Assembly (NCBI GenBank): GCA_963668315.1
Contig: OY764216.1
Location: 256,001 to 320,000, forward strand
Source: Spirochaetia bacterium
GTDB taxonomy: Bacteria; Spirochaetota; Spirochaetia; DSM-2461
DNA length: 64,000 bases
Direction: 5' to 3'
Both the position numbers and the translations under genes were made by a program. Below are positions 18,975 to 28,822 of this stretch, piece by piece (positions within the stretch are counted from its first letter, which is position 1; the number at the start of each line of letters is the position of its first letter). The notes beneath the pieces were generated by a model that had not been told where the DNA came from, searched no databases, and saw only the letters and a program-made list of their open reading frames with translations.

Positions 18975-21900
18975 TTACTCCTCACTGCCTGAGGGAGAAA
19001 GCTCCAATATCAGTTCCACCTCGCCCCGGCTCAGTTTCACGTAACGGGAGATCTCTTCGCTGCTCCATCCCTGCCGGGCCAGCTGAATAACCATTTCCCG
19101 GGTATTCATATCGGGGGAACCGGCTGAACGGGCGGAACCTTTTTTGCCATCACGGCTGGCGAGATTCCCCAGCAGCTTGACCTTTTCCTGAGCTTCCCGG
19201 CTGATATTCTCCAGCCGAGTCTCTGTTCCGGCCAGCCACTGACGGGCCTTATCCATCTTCTTCATACGGTTATCAAAGTCGCTGATCACCGCATCAAGGT
19301 TCGTTACGTTATTTACAATATAATCGACCTGTTCCTTATTCTCAAGGAGAAGTTCGCTGTTCCGTTTTACTTCATGGAGAGAACTGCGGAGGGGAACCAG
19401 ATCTTCGTTAATGCCGGAGAGTCCCTCTTCGATCCTGCCGAGCATCTCGAAATTCCTATCCACGCTCTGGGTGGTCGCATCGACGACACTGCTCTTCTTT
19501 TCCACTTCCTTGAAGCGGCGGGCTATCTCCTTATGCAGATCCTCGAGCTGGTGGAGCTTGAGCATATAACCCTGCATCGTCTCATCGGTCTCCGCCACAT
19601 GCTCCAGCTTCATATCGATGGCATCGGAAAGATTGATAATGCGGGCGACTTTTCCGTCGAGCAGATCGATCTTCTGCTGTTCGGCCAGAAAGGAAGCGGT
19701 TTTTTCCGTGACGGTGTCGTAACTCTTGAGGACCCGTTCGCACTCTTCGCGGATAGGCATAATCTCTTCCCGGGCGGCATCGACGGAACGAACCTGCGCC
19801 TGAAGCTGGGCAATATCCTCCTCCAGGGCTTTCCTGAGCCTGTCGGCCTGCTCGAAAATCTTCGTCTGGCTGATAAACTCCTGCTGTTTCTCCTCGATTC
19901 GCTCCACGTTGGCCAGAAGCCCCCGGTAGCTCTCGTCTATCCGGTTATGGACCGATTGCTGGTAGGAGTCCATTTTCTCCTTCGTATCGTTGAGAGCACT
20001 GCGCATGAGCTTGATTTTCTCATCCGAATCGTTCAATGCTTCCCGGAACCGCTGTTGATAGTCGATGAGATACTGCTCGGATTTTTCATTGAAAATATCC
20101 AGAGTCTGTTCCGACTTGTCATGGAGGTCGCTGTTGAGAGAGCTGATTCTCTCAAAGAGATCGGAGATATCCTTGCGGACCTCCACCCTGTCCTTGTTGG
20201 AAGAGATAACCAGTTCGTCCTTCTGGGCGGCGAAGGTATTCTTCAGGTCAACCACGGTTTCCGCTACGGACCGGCGGAACTCATCCAGATCGTTCTCCAG
20301 ACTGATTTCGTTATCCCTGAGCTGCTGTCCCAGGCGGGTCTGCCAGGTATCCGCATCGGCCCGGGCCTTCTCTACAAGGGACGTCAGATCGGAACGGCCC
20401 GCCTCGGCGGCGGCGGCCATCTGATCCATCTGAAGGTCCAAAGAGTTCTTCAGCTCTTCCAGCCTGCCGTCGATTCGGCCTGTGAAGGAACCGGTTTCGT
20501 TCCCCAGATATTCGAGAGCTTCGGTCCGGTTCTTTTCCCATTCGTCCCGAACGATCTGGCGGTAATCCAGAATGCTCTTCTCTCCCGCCTCGATCTGCTC
20601 GGTAACATGGCCCTGGAAGTTTTTCACCTGTTCCTGGAACTTATCGAACTGATCCACCACGCGGGTCTGCAGTTCGGACATTTTCCGGTTTATCTGGGCC
20701 ATACCGCTCCGCTCCACCTCTTCCCGGTCGCGAAGGGCCTTATTCCCCAGATCCTCAAGCTGAAGCTCCACATTTCGACGCCATTCGGAAAGGCTCTCCT
20801 GCATGGCCCCTTCCCGCTTTTTCAGATCGGTGAAAAAATCGTCCTCGAAAAGCTGAAGCTTCTCCGAAACGTTATCGTAAGCCTGCTGTTTAAGCTGATT
20901 CAGTTCCTTCTCGATCTCTCCGATCATCACATGAATCTCGGCAAGACGGGCGTCGCTGCGCTCCTTCTCCCGGGACTGATAGGCATCCATCTCGGTAGCG
21001 AACCGTTCCTGATCCTCCCGGATCCGGCCCTCCTGTTCCTCCATGGACTGTCTGAGGGAAGTTTCCAGATCTTCCAGATCCTTTGAAAAACCGTCCAGTT
21101 TCTCATAACGCTGGCGAATAACTTCCTCATATTCGGCGTAGCGCTGCTCCACCCCTTTCATGGATTCCAGCTCCGCCGCCTTTGCCCGGGTCTCTATATC
21201 GGCTTTAACCTCTTCCAGACGATCGTCCAGTTCACTTCGTATATCGGTCAGAGCCCTGTCCATGCGGCCCTGATACTCTTCCTGTTCACGGCTGAATTTT
21301 TCCCGTTTCTCCTCAATGGCCCGGCGGTCCTGCTCCTCCCGTTCCCGGTAGTCGGATAGAATCTTCTCTATTTCGGCCATGGAACCCTGCACATCGGCTT
21401 TCTGCTCTCCGATTCGTCCTTCGAAATCATCGGAGAGGCGCTGCACTTCGCTGTTGAAGGAAGCGATGAGATCGCGGCCCTGCTCCAGGTCGCCCTTGAT
21501 ATCTTCCACCTGGCCGGCGACCTGCCCCTTGAGATCATTCATACCGTCAAACCAGTTCTTCTCAAGACGATCGGCTTTCTGGTTGATATCCTCTTCCAGA
21601 GCGGAGAAAACCTGATCTTCGAGCAGGGCCGCCTTGTCGGCCGCCCGGTCCAGCTTCTGACGGTATTCCCCTTCCAGTTCGGCCACCCGGTCGGCGAACT
21701 CCCCGATCCGGTTCTCCTTCTGCTCCTCATGGGCATCCAGCATGCCGTTCAGCTCCCCCCGGAAGCCTTCGATTCCCAGGGCCGTCTCTTTCATCTGCTC
21801 GGAAATAAGATTCAGCCGTGCCTGATAATCCTCCATCACCGAGGATTTAATCACTTCCAGGTCCTCCCGGTTCGCCCGGGCGAAGTCGTCCTGTATGGAA

Positions 21901-22352
21901 TCGAGCCGGCGGCCGATCTCCTCCACCGAGGTCTGGGACTCCTTGAGACGCATGCCCACCGAATCCACATAGGCCGATTCATCGGCGACTTTTTTCATGT
22001 TCTCATCAACCAGGGCGGTCATCTCATTGAGCCGGTCAATCTTCTCCTGAAGGTTATCCACCAGGACAAGTTTTTCCCTGACCTTCTCCTCATGGGCGAC
22101 AAGCTCCTCATTATGGGAGAGGATGCGCTTGAGGACTTCCCGGCCCGTCCGTTCCTGGACGTCCATATCGTCAACCAGATCTTTGAGGCGGTTTTTCTTC
22201 TCTTCCACGAGCTTATCAAGTTCACCGCTCGCTTTCTCTGCGTAACGGCGCACCTTCTCAAGAGATTTGTTGTTCTTGTCCAGGCGCCGATACAGGAACA
22301 GTATGCAGATTACTACTCCCAGTACGATCAGATCGCCTCCGGTAAATGTCAT
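18975..22352 (-). CDS. SpiroCoCo-family spirochaete coiled-coil protein
   Basis: N-terminal TM then YRRLDKNNKSLEKVRRY, about 1000 aa of coiled coil, and C-terminal LARQGWSSEEISRYVKLSRGEVELILEL. Confidence 0.85.
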   Translation of the reverse strand: MTFTGGDLIVLGVVICILFLYRRLDKNNKSLEKVRRYAEKASGELDKLVEEKKNRLKDLVDDMDVQERTGREVLKRILSHNEELVAHEEKVREKLVLVDNLQEKIDRLNEMTALVDENMKKVADESAYVDSVGMRLKESQTSVEEIGRRLDSIQDDFARANREDLEVIKSSVMEDYQARLNLISEQMKETALGIEGFRGELNGMLDAHEEQKENRIGEFADRVAELEGEYRQKLDRAADKAALLEDQVFSALEEDINQKADRLEKNWFDGMNDLKGQVAGQVEDIKGDLEQGRDLIASFNSEVQRLSDDFEGRIGEQKADVQGSMAEIEKILSDYREREEQDRRAIEEKREKFSREQEEYQGRMDRALTDIRSELDDRLEEVKADIETRAKAAELESMKGVEQRYAEYEEVIRQRYEKLDGFSKDLEDLETSLRQSMEEQEGRIREDQERFATEMDAYQSREKERSDARLAEIHVMIGEIEKELNQLKQQAYDNVSEKLQLFEDDFFTDLKKREGAMQESLSEWRRNVELQLEDLGNKALRDREEVERSGMAQINRKMSELQTRVVDQFDKFQEQVKNFQGHVTEQIEAGEKSILDYRQIVRDEWEKNRTEALEYLGNETGSFTGRIDGRLEELKNSLDLQMDQMAAAAEAGRSDLTSLVEKARADADTWQTRLGQQLRDNEISLENDLDEFRRSVAETVVDLKNTFAAQKDELVISSNKDRVEVRKDISDLFERISSLNSDLHDKSEQTLDIFNEKSEQYLIDYQQRFREALNDSDEKIKLMRSALNDTKEKMDSYQQSVHNRIDESYRGLLANVERIEEKQQEFISQTKIFEQADRLRKALEEDIAQLQAQVRSVDAAREEIMPIREECERVLKSYDTVTEKTASFLAEQQKIDLLDGKVARIINLSDAIDMKLEHVAETDETMQGYMLKLHQLEDLHKEIARRFKEVEKKSSVVDATTQSVDRNFEMLGRIEEGLSGINEDLVPLRSSLHEVKRNSELLLENKEQVDYIVNNVTNLDAVISDFDNRMKKMDKARQWLAGTETRLENISREAQEKVKLLGNLASRDGKKGSARSAGSPDMNTREMVIQLARQGWSSEEISRYVKLSRGEVELILELSPSGSEE

Positions 22353-22409
22353 ATTCCACCTCTCAGGTCCCCCGCTCTGGCGGTGAGACCGGATTTCTGA
22401 GTCTTTACC

Positions 22410-23075
22410 CTATCGGGCCAGAAGACCGTTTATATATTCGCGAAGCTCCCCGTACCGGGAAAACTGAACATCCGCCAGGGGATGCTGCTTTTTCCAGAAA
22501 GGAGCGATATAGGCGCTCATCATCCCTGCGTCCCGGCAGCCTTCCACATCGTAAACTGGATTGTTGCCCACATAGAGAATCTCTGAGGGAGGGAGTTCCA
22601 GGCGGCGGGCCAGTTCCAGAAAGGGCTCCTTCGCCGGTTTCAGATAACCCGATTCATTGGAGGTCATAATCACGTCCCAGCAATCGGCCAGACCGAAGTA
22701 GTCCAGCTTGCTGCCCACGGGAAAATCGGACAGGGCCGCCGTCTTAATTCCCTTCTCGCGCAGTTCCGTGAGAAAGTCCCTGACCCCGGGGAAAGGGCGT
22801 ACACGGCGGAAGATTTTCTCCCATTCACCGTAGAATACCTCGTCAACCATCCGGGCGGCATCATCATGGGAAAGGGAGAGTTCCCGGGAGAGAAGATCCG
22901 CCTGGAGAGCGGCGAAATCCTGAACGGGCTCTACCTTTCTGATATCCCGTCTGACCTTGCTGAAGGCCATGACCTTGCGGAGATGGGTGAAATAAAATGG
23001 TATGGAATGAAAGTACATGGACCTGTTGGGATACAGAGTCCCGTCGATGTCAAAGGCTACGGCTTTTACGGACAT
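22410..23075 (-). CDS. HAD-family hydrolase
   Basis: FDIDGTLY, LSD, KP, YVGNNPVYDVEG. Confidence 0.9.
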   Translation of the reverse strand: MSVKAVAFDIDGTLYPNRSMYFHSIPFYFTHLRKVMAFSKVRRDIRKVEPVQDFAALQADLLSRELSLSHDDAARMVDEVFYGEWEKIFRRVRPFPGVRDFLTELREKGIKTAALSDFPVGSKLDYFGLADCWDVIMTSNESGYLKPAKEPFLELARRLELPPSEILYVGNNPVYDVEGCRDAGMMSAYIAPFWKKQHPLADVQFSRYGELREYINGLLAR

Positions 23076-23158
23076 AGGTATGATTAATCCCTCCCGCCTA
23101 TAGAGTACCGCAATATCGGGATTTTAGCAAGTTTACAGGGATAAGTGCTTTTCCCGGT

Positions 23159-23878
23159 TCAACTGAACATCCGTACTTCTGAAGAGACCCCCGAACGGTC
23201 TATCCCGATGATACGGTAACCGTACTCGGAACCTTCCTCTTCAATGACGGTGCTGCATTTCTTTAACTGCACAAGAAGAGAAGGAGTGACGGCCTGAGTC
23301 ACCGAACCGAAAGTCTGCCCGTGAACCGTATGATAATGGCCGCAGAAGATGTGAATCTTCTTTCCCGACGCTTCAAGGAGAGCCGTAATTTCTTTCCTGC
23401 CTTCCAGTGGATAAAGCCTGTCCATCAGGGTCCCGCCGCAATCGTATATAGGATGATGGGAAAAAAGAACGAACCGTTCTTCCGGCCCTCCAAGAAGAGT
23501 CTCCAGCCAGTGTTTCTGCTCTTCATCCACCGCCCCGTTGTGGGTATCCAGGAATATAAGGACATCCTCCCCTGTTTTTCGTAAATAATAGGGAAGACCG
23601 TTCCCCTTTCCTCCCGCCCAATCTGAGCGGGTCAGATAATCGGCCGGTTCATCGTGATTTCCCAGAATATAGAGCCAGGGGATTCCTCCTTTCTCAAGCA
23701 GGCCGGCTATTCCGGGAAAGACAGAGGCTTTTCCCAGATCTCCGGTCAGAACAATCAAATCGGCTTTCTCTTTCCTGATATCTCCCAGGAGGAACTCAAG
23801 TCTGGCAAGGGCGTCAATTCCATAACTCTCTGCCAGAAAATCATCGGCATGGATATCGGTTATCTGGGCTATTTTCAT
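23159..23878 (-). CDS. Metallophosphoesterase (CpdA/Icc-like)
   Basis: Start MKIAQITDIH; TGD, GNHD, HHP, CGHYH. Confidence 0.88.
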   Translation of the reverse strand: MKIAQITDIHADDFLAESYGIDALARLEFLLGDIRKEKADLIVLTGDLGKASVFPGIAGLLEKGGIPWLYILGNHDEPADYLTRSDWAGGKGNGLPYYLRKTGEDVLIFLDTHNGAVDEEQKHWLETLLGGPEERFVLFSHHPIYDCGGTLMDRLYPLEGRKEITALLEASGKKIHIFCGHYHTVHGQTFGSVTQAVTPSLLVQLKKCSTVIEEEGSEYGYRIIGIDRSGVSSEVRMFS

Positions 23879-23884
23879 ATATAT

Positions 23885-23959
23885 AGGATACCGCAGAATC
23901 GCCGATCCGTCCAAATCCCTCCTTCCGCCCTAGACTTAGCCCCTCCAAAGAGGTATTCT
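23885..23959. promoter_or_regulatory. Back-to-back leaderless-type promoters for the phosphoesterase (-) and miaB (+)
   Basis: Minus: TGGACG-17-TATCCT-6nt-ATG. Plus: TAGACT-17-TATTCT-9nt-ATG. Neither gene has an SD. Confidence 0.5.
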
Positions 23960-23968
23960 TGGCCCGTT

Positions 23969-25264
23969 ATGAAATTTCACATCGTAGTATTGGGATGCCA
24001 GATGAATCTTTCCGACGGGGAAAGGCTCAAATCGGTCCTGGAAAATATAGGAATGACCGAAACGGACAGGGAAGAGGATGCCGACATCCTGGGCATGGTG
24101 GCCTGTTCGGTCAGACAGAAAGCCATCGACAAAGTCCATACCCGGATTCATCTATGGAAACAGTGGAAGGAGGAGAAGCAGATTCTTACCTTTCTGACGG
24201 GCTGCATCCTTCCCAAAGACCGGAAACGATTCGTCAAGGATTTCGATCTGGTCTTCGATATCAAGGACGCGGCCACCCTGCCCGAACTGATCGGAGGCCA
24301 CGGGGAAGTCACCCCCGCCACGGTCAATACCCGGGAGCTCTGGCATGTGGATCCGGCCTATGCTTCCCAATTCGAGGCCTTCATTCCCATTCAGAACGGC
24401 TGCAACAATTTCTGCACCTACTGCGCCGTGCCCTATACCCGGGGACGGGAGGAATCACGCCCCTCGGGGGACATTGAGAAGGAATTCTCCTCCCTGGTGG
24501 AACGGGGGTACAAATCGATCACCCTGCTGGGGCAGAACGTCAACTCCTACGGCTCGGAAAGGAGAAGCGAAGAGATAACCTTCCCGGAACTTATGGAGCG
24601 TCTGGCAATCCGGGCGGACCGGGAAGAGGAATCTCCCTGGATCTACTTTACCGCCCCCCACCCCAAGGATATGTCCGACGAACTGATAGAGGTCATGGCC
24701 CGGCACAAATCGGCGGCCAGGCAGGTCCATCTTCCCATTCAATCGGGAGATGACGATGTCCTCAAAGCCATGAACCGCCGCTACACGGTGGATCACTACC
24801 GGCAGATCGTCAAAAAAATCCGCACCGCCATGCCCGATGCGACCCTGTTCACCGACATTATCGTGGGCTTTCCCGGAGAAACGGAGGAACAGTTCGAGAA
24901 TACCGCCCGGATGATGGAGGAGTTCCGCTTCAATATGGCCTTTATCGCCATGTACTCCCCCCGGCCCGGTGCCAAGAGCACCGACTGGGAGGACAGCATA
25001 TCCCAGGATATGAAGAAGGACCGGTTCCACCGGCTCTCTGAGATAATGCAGACGTCGGCCATAGCCTGGAACGAGACACTGGTAGGCCGGGAAGTCACCG
25101 TACTGGTGAACGGCCGATCCCGCAAGGGAGACAAATACTCGGGGCGCACCGAGGGAATGATCAATATCCAGTTCCATTCGGAGCGGGAGGATCTTATCGG
25201 CCGTTTCGTCAGAGTCAAAGTTACCGGTCTCCACGGAATTTCCCTGGCGGGAGATCTGATTTAA
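23969..25264 (+). CDS. miaB: tRNA methylthiotransferase MiaB (radical SAM)
   Basis: Start reassigned to MKFHIVVLGCQMN; CNNFCTYC, PYTRGRE, LLGQNVNSY, TDIIVGFPGET, C-terminal TRAM domain. Confidence 0.92.
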   Translation: MKFHIVVLGCQMNLSDGERLKSVLENIGMTETDREEDADILGMVACSVRQKAIDKVHTRIHLWKQWKEEKQILTFLTGCILPKDRKRFVKDFDLVFDIKDAATLPELIGGHGEVTPATVNTRELWHVDPAYASQFEAFIPIQNGCNNFCTYCAVPYTRGREESRPSGDIEKEFSSLVERGYKSITLLGQNVNSYGSERRSEEITFPELMERLAIRADREEESPWIYFTAPHPKDMSDELIEVMARHKSAARQVHLPIQSGDDDVLKAMNRRYTVDHYRQIVKKIRTAMPDATLFTDIIVGFPGETEEQFENTARMMEEFRFNMAFIAMYSPRPGAKSTDWEDSISQDMKKDRFHRLSEIMQTSAIAWNETLVGREVTVLVNGRSRKGDKYSGRTEGMINIQFHSEREDLIGRFVRVKVTGLHGISLAGDLI

Positions 25265-25435
25265 AGAGAAAAAGAAAAGGTAATCCTATCTCCCGGCAGG
25301 GCTTTCTCACGATGCCGGCTTGGGAGAACGGCAGGATAATGACGGGAGCGCTGATCGTAAAGGTATCTTGTACCTATTCCCGTACCGTGCTATATTAATA
25401 TTCATACGTATATTATTTAAAACAGGCGGGTTTCA

Positions 25436-26005
25436 ATGAGATTCAGCAGCTTTTTAACAACACGCACCGGAGCGGCGGCCGTAATGCTCTTTATGCTCTC
25501 TCTTTTCCCTCTTCATGCCGAATGGAACACCACCTGGAACCTGGGAACACTTGATATTGTATGGAACCACCTGAGTCCGAATGGGGACGGGACAGATTCG
25601 ATGGACAAGGTGTCCCTCTCTCTTCTCGATTTTCAATTCTACTCCAGGGCCAGCCGGCTGGGTCTGCAATTCTCCCTTCTCCATACAAGGACGTGCTACG
25701 ATACCAATGCCACCACCGCCTTTATGCCGTTGGAGCTTTTTTACAATTTGGTGAAAAGCCCCAACTTCATGGTGGGGCCCTACGGCAAAGGGGAAGTGGG
25801 ATTCTCCGAGAACGACTGGGATATCCATCCCTATTTCGAGGGGGGATTGAAGATCGGGACATTCCTTAATGACAAACCGGCTTTGAAATACTCCTGGAAA
25901 AACTCTTTCTATGTGGGAATAGACAGCCGCGGGGAACTTAACATAGGAACGCAGATCGATTACGGATCTCTGGCCCTGTTTCTCCTCCTGGCTAACGGGG
26001 ATTGA
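25436..26005 (+). CDS. Exported hypothetical protein (beta-rich)
   Basis: Signal-peptide-like N-terminus (PLHA|EW); upstream promoter TTGTAC-17-TATATT; fills the gap between miaB and the GGDEF gene. Confidence 0.65.
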   Translation: MRFSSFLTTRTGAAAVMLFMLSLFPLHAEWNTTWNLGTLDIVWNHLSPNGDGTDSMDKVSLSLLDFQFYSRASRLGLQFSLLHTRTCYDTNATTAFMPLELFYNLVKSPNFMVGPYGKGEVGFSENDWDIHPYFEGGLKIGTFLNDKPALKYSWKNSFYVGIDSRGELNIGTQIDYGSLALFLLLANGD

Positions 26006-26014
26006 GTAGCCCGG

Positions 26015-27541
26015 TCACCCCTTCTTCCGGCTGTTCTTCATGGAATACATCTTTTCATCCAGCTCAATTATATCCAGATGCCCCTTGCCGGCGACCGGGG
26101 AGAGGCCGTAGCTTAAATCGATTCGTCCCTCTCCGAACTTTTCCAGGAACCGGATTCGTATTCTTTCCATGATGCCATGGGCTTCCTCCTCGGCGACATT
26201 CCTGAAAAGGATCAGAAACTCATCTCCCCCGAAGCGTATCAGAAGATCCTCATTCCTGAGGTAATGCTTTGCCATGAGGACGAAGTTCCTGAGGAGATCA
26301 TCTCCCCGGTCATGGCCGTACTTGTCGTTATAGTACTTAAAATTGTCGAAATCCAAAAAGACGGCCATATGATAGCCTTTCACATCCAGTTCGCTCAGGA
26401 CATGCCGATTGAAGGCTTCCGTCAGGGGATCCCTGTTGTAGGCGTTTTTCAGACTGTCCCGTTCCCGGGCGATATCCTGTCTTTCCCGTGAGAATTGGAT
26501 TCCGAAAAGGGTCACGCTGAGAACGATCGCATAGGGGAGGACCAGGGGCGAACCGGGATGAAAAGAGAGAACAAAGGTCACGTGAATGAGGGACAGGATG
26601 ATGAGAGCCGTAGGGATAAGGTACAGGGGATAGTAATTTTCCGTTTTGATGATCATGACTGTTATCATGACGAACTGGAGAATCAGCACGATATCCAGAA
26701 AAGGGAGAATATCCATAAGGAGAGAGAGTCCGGGTATACAGAAAGGGGCTGCGATCGATACGGCGAAGGGAACCATGAACCAGCGGTTAAGGGTAATTCT
26801 GTTGTTGCAGTGGTAGTCAATACTGTATACATAAAGAGCCCCGCCGAGAAAAGCGCTGGCAATAACAGCCCTCTTGAGGATAGTGTAAACGGGCCAGGGC
26901 CCGGTGGAGAGACGGAAAGTATAATCCTGCGCATAAAAGATAATGACAAGACAGGCCAGGCCGAACAGGATGTCCCCCATATTCCTTTTCGGCCCGGAGA
27001 ATCCGGACTGTATGGAGAAAATCCCCGTGAGCAGAGCTGCCCCCATGAAAAGGATAATGAAGTCATGGTAGAGGATTCTGTGAAGAGAAGCCGTAACAAT
27101 CGCCCGGGATGAGTCCTCCAGAAAGGGAGAACGGGTAATGGAAATGAAAAAATTCCCCGTCAAGGTGAGGATGATTTCATTCTCCCGGGCTTCACTGTCG
27201 GGAAGCGGGATGGCAACCATGGAATTCCAGAGGTTGGCCGTGGCATTGTCAATGTCGCCAGCCCTGAAAACGAAATTCCCGTTCAGACTGACTTCCATGG
27301 CATTTACATCCAGCCCGGCCAGACATAAGCTCTTATGCGCCAGAGGTCCTGTGACGGTACGGAAACGGACAGTGTCGGTCTTGGACGTATGAAGGAGAAA
27401 GGGAAGAGTTATCCGTTCAGGCTCCCCGTCTCCGAGTCTGTACCAGTTTTCCAGATTCTCCCCGGAAGCTCCCAGATAGGGCAGATAGAGCATACCCAGA
27501 AGCAGCACAAAAAGTACTGCGGAGAGACAAAACGCTTTTAC
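26015..27541 (-). CDS. Membrane-bound diguanylate cyclase (extracytoplasmic beta-sandwich + about 7 TM + GGDEF); start uncertain
   Basis: RDPLTEAFNR, DFDNFKYYNDKYGHDRGD, IRFGGDEF. The ORF-track extension to 27757 reads as intergenic. Confidence 0.85.
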   Translation of the reverse strand, partial: VKAFCLSAVLFVLLLGMLYLPYLGASGENLENWYRLGDGEPERITLPFLLHTSKTDTVRFRTVTGPLAHKSLCLAGLDVNAMEVSLNGNFVFRAGDIDNATANLWNSMVAIPLPDSEARENEIILTLTGNFFISITRSPFLEDSSRAIVTASLHRILYHDFIILFMGAALLTGIFSIQSGFSGPKRNMGDILFGLACLVIIFYAQDYTFRLSTGPWPVYTILKRAVIASAFLGGALYVYSIDYHCNNRITLNRWFMVPFAVSIAAPFCIPGLSLLMDILPFLDIVLILQFVMITVMIIKTENYYPLYLIPTALIILSLIHVTFVLSFHPGSPLVLPYAIVLSVTLFGIQFSRERQDIARERDSLKNAYNRDPLTEAFNRHVLSELDVKGYHMAVFLDFDNFKYYNDKYGHDRGDDLLRNFVLMAKHYLRNEDLLIRFGGDEFLILFRNVAEEEAHGIMERIRIRFLEKFGEGRIDLSYGLSPVAGKGHLDIIELDEKMYSMKNSRKKG

Positions 27542-27743
27542 GGGATGTATATAGGTTGACTGATTGAGATTTAAAAAAGCCACTGGAAAGAAATTACCAC
27601 TCCTCGCCCCATAGCTCAAGCGTTTTTTCTCCGGGATCTTTTTTTTTGTTGTTTTCGGAGGAATGAACTCATCCTGATGATTGTTTTCGCTTTTTCTCTT
27701 TCCATCGTTTATACTCAAAGGAGATGAGGATGGGGAGGGGTAG

Positions 27744-28661
27744 ATGGAAAAGAACAACTGGAGACAGCCCCCCTTCTGCGCGACCCTGATGGGCTGCCTG
27801 CAGGGGGTTTTCGACTATTACGGCATGAATTTTTCACCGGCCATGGTCTACGGTCTTACCGGCCATGCCTTTTTTATTAATATACACAAAGAGATATGTC
27901 CCTCCGGCCCCTACGCCTGGGATCACCAGTTCTTATATAATTTGGCCGAAAACATGGGAATCCGCATTAGCGAATCATCTTTTTTAACACCGGAAACGCC
28001 GAAAGAGATTTGTACCGCAGCGGTCAACCGTCTCACGGACAGCCTGGAAAGTAACAATCCCTGTATGATTACCTGTCTCGAACACCAGCTGGTCAAGGAG
28101 ATGAGGGACGGGGAGATACGCCTGATCCGCCCCTGGGAGCAGGAAGGGGACTCCCAGTTTTCTTCCCTCGATACCGAAGATCTTTCCCCCTGTCTCGAGA
28201 AAGCCGGCTTTCTGATCATCGGTTATTTCGAGAAAAGCGACGTTCAGGATAATCTGGGAAAAAACATTCACCGGGCCCTTCTGCAGGCGGAAGATCTCTT
28301 CAAAAATCCGGAAAAATATCACCATGAAGGATACCAGAGCGGGTTCGGAGCCTATGAATACTGGATAACCGCTCTGCAGAAAGAAAAATTCGACGAACAT
28401 GGTCACTGGTGGAACGGAACGGTCTGGGCTGAATGCCGCATGCGGGGGGCCGAATTTTTCGAAGAGCTGATTGACCGGAAAGCCAACCTGGATGAAACCG
28501 CTCTCAAGTCGCTGGCCGGGATCTACCGGATTATCTCAGAACGCCTTGATGAAGCCAAAGAAAAAGAACTGGAGAGGGAAAAAAAGATTATTCTGCTCAC
28601 CGAAGCCCTGGAGATGGAATACGAAGCCAATTTTCTTATCGAGAATATGCTTCACCCCTGA
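27744..28661 (+). CDS. Hypothetical protein (possibly BtrH-N-like)
   Basis: Strong SD GGAGGGG; coherent 305-aa ORF with MVYGLTGHAFF...ICPSG, GFGAYEYW and ECR motifs. Family call is tentative. Confidence 0.7.
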   Translation: MEKNNWRQPPFCATLMGCLQGVFDYYGMNFSPAMVYGLTGHAFFINIHKEICPSGPYAWDHQFLYNLAENMGIRISESSFLTPETPKEICTAAVNRLTDSLESNNPCMITCLEHQLVKEMRDGEIRLIRPWEQEGDSQFSSLDTEDLSPCLEKAGFLIIGYFEKSDVQDNLGKNIHRALLQAEDLFKNPEKYHHEGYQSGFGAYEYWITALQKEKFDEHGHWWNGTVWAECRMRGAEFFEELIDRKANLDETALKSLAGIYRIISERLDEAKEKELEREKKIILLTEALEMEYEANFLIENMLHP

Positions 28662-28822
28662 AAGGTTCTGTTTCCCCGTCAGGAAATATCCCTTTTAGGG
28701 AAGAAACATGTTCCCTTCACATTTCGTTTATATAGTTTATCTAATATTGTATTATCTTAATTAAAGAAAGGCCGAACGGCTGAGGGCTGATAACCCGCCG
28801 ATGCGACCTGAGGAGAAATACA

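Noticed and set aside
10184..21086. Very long antisense ORFs (10184-12154, 14915-16855, 19374-21086; also 54374-56281 and 52245-53708)
   Set aside because: They lie opposite well-supported genes and have no recognisable motifs; this is expected from GC-rich codon usage.
27606..27622. GCCCCATAGCTCAAGCG resembles a tRNA 5' end
   Set aside because: No anticodon arm, T-arm or acceptor partner follows.
28770..28812. Possible fluoride or c-di-GMP riboswitch
   Set aside because: The required conserved 5' motifs are absent; kept only as an unnamed stem.
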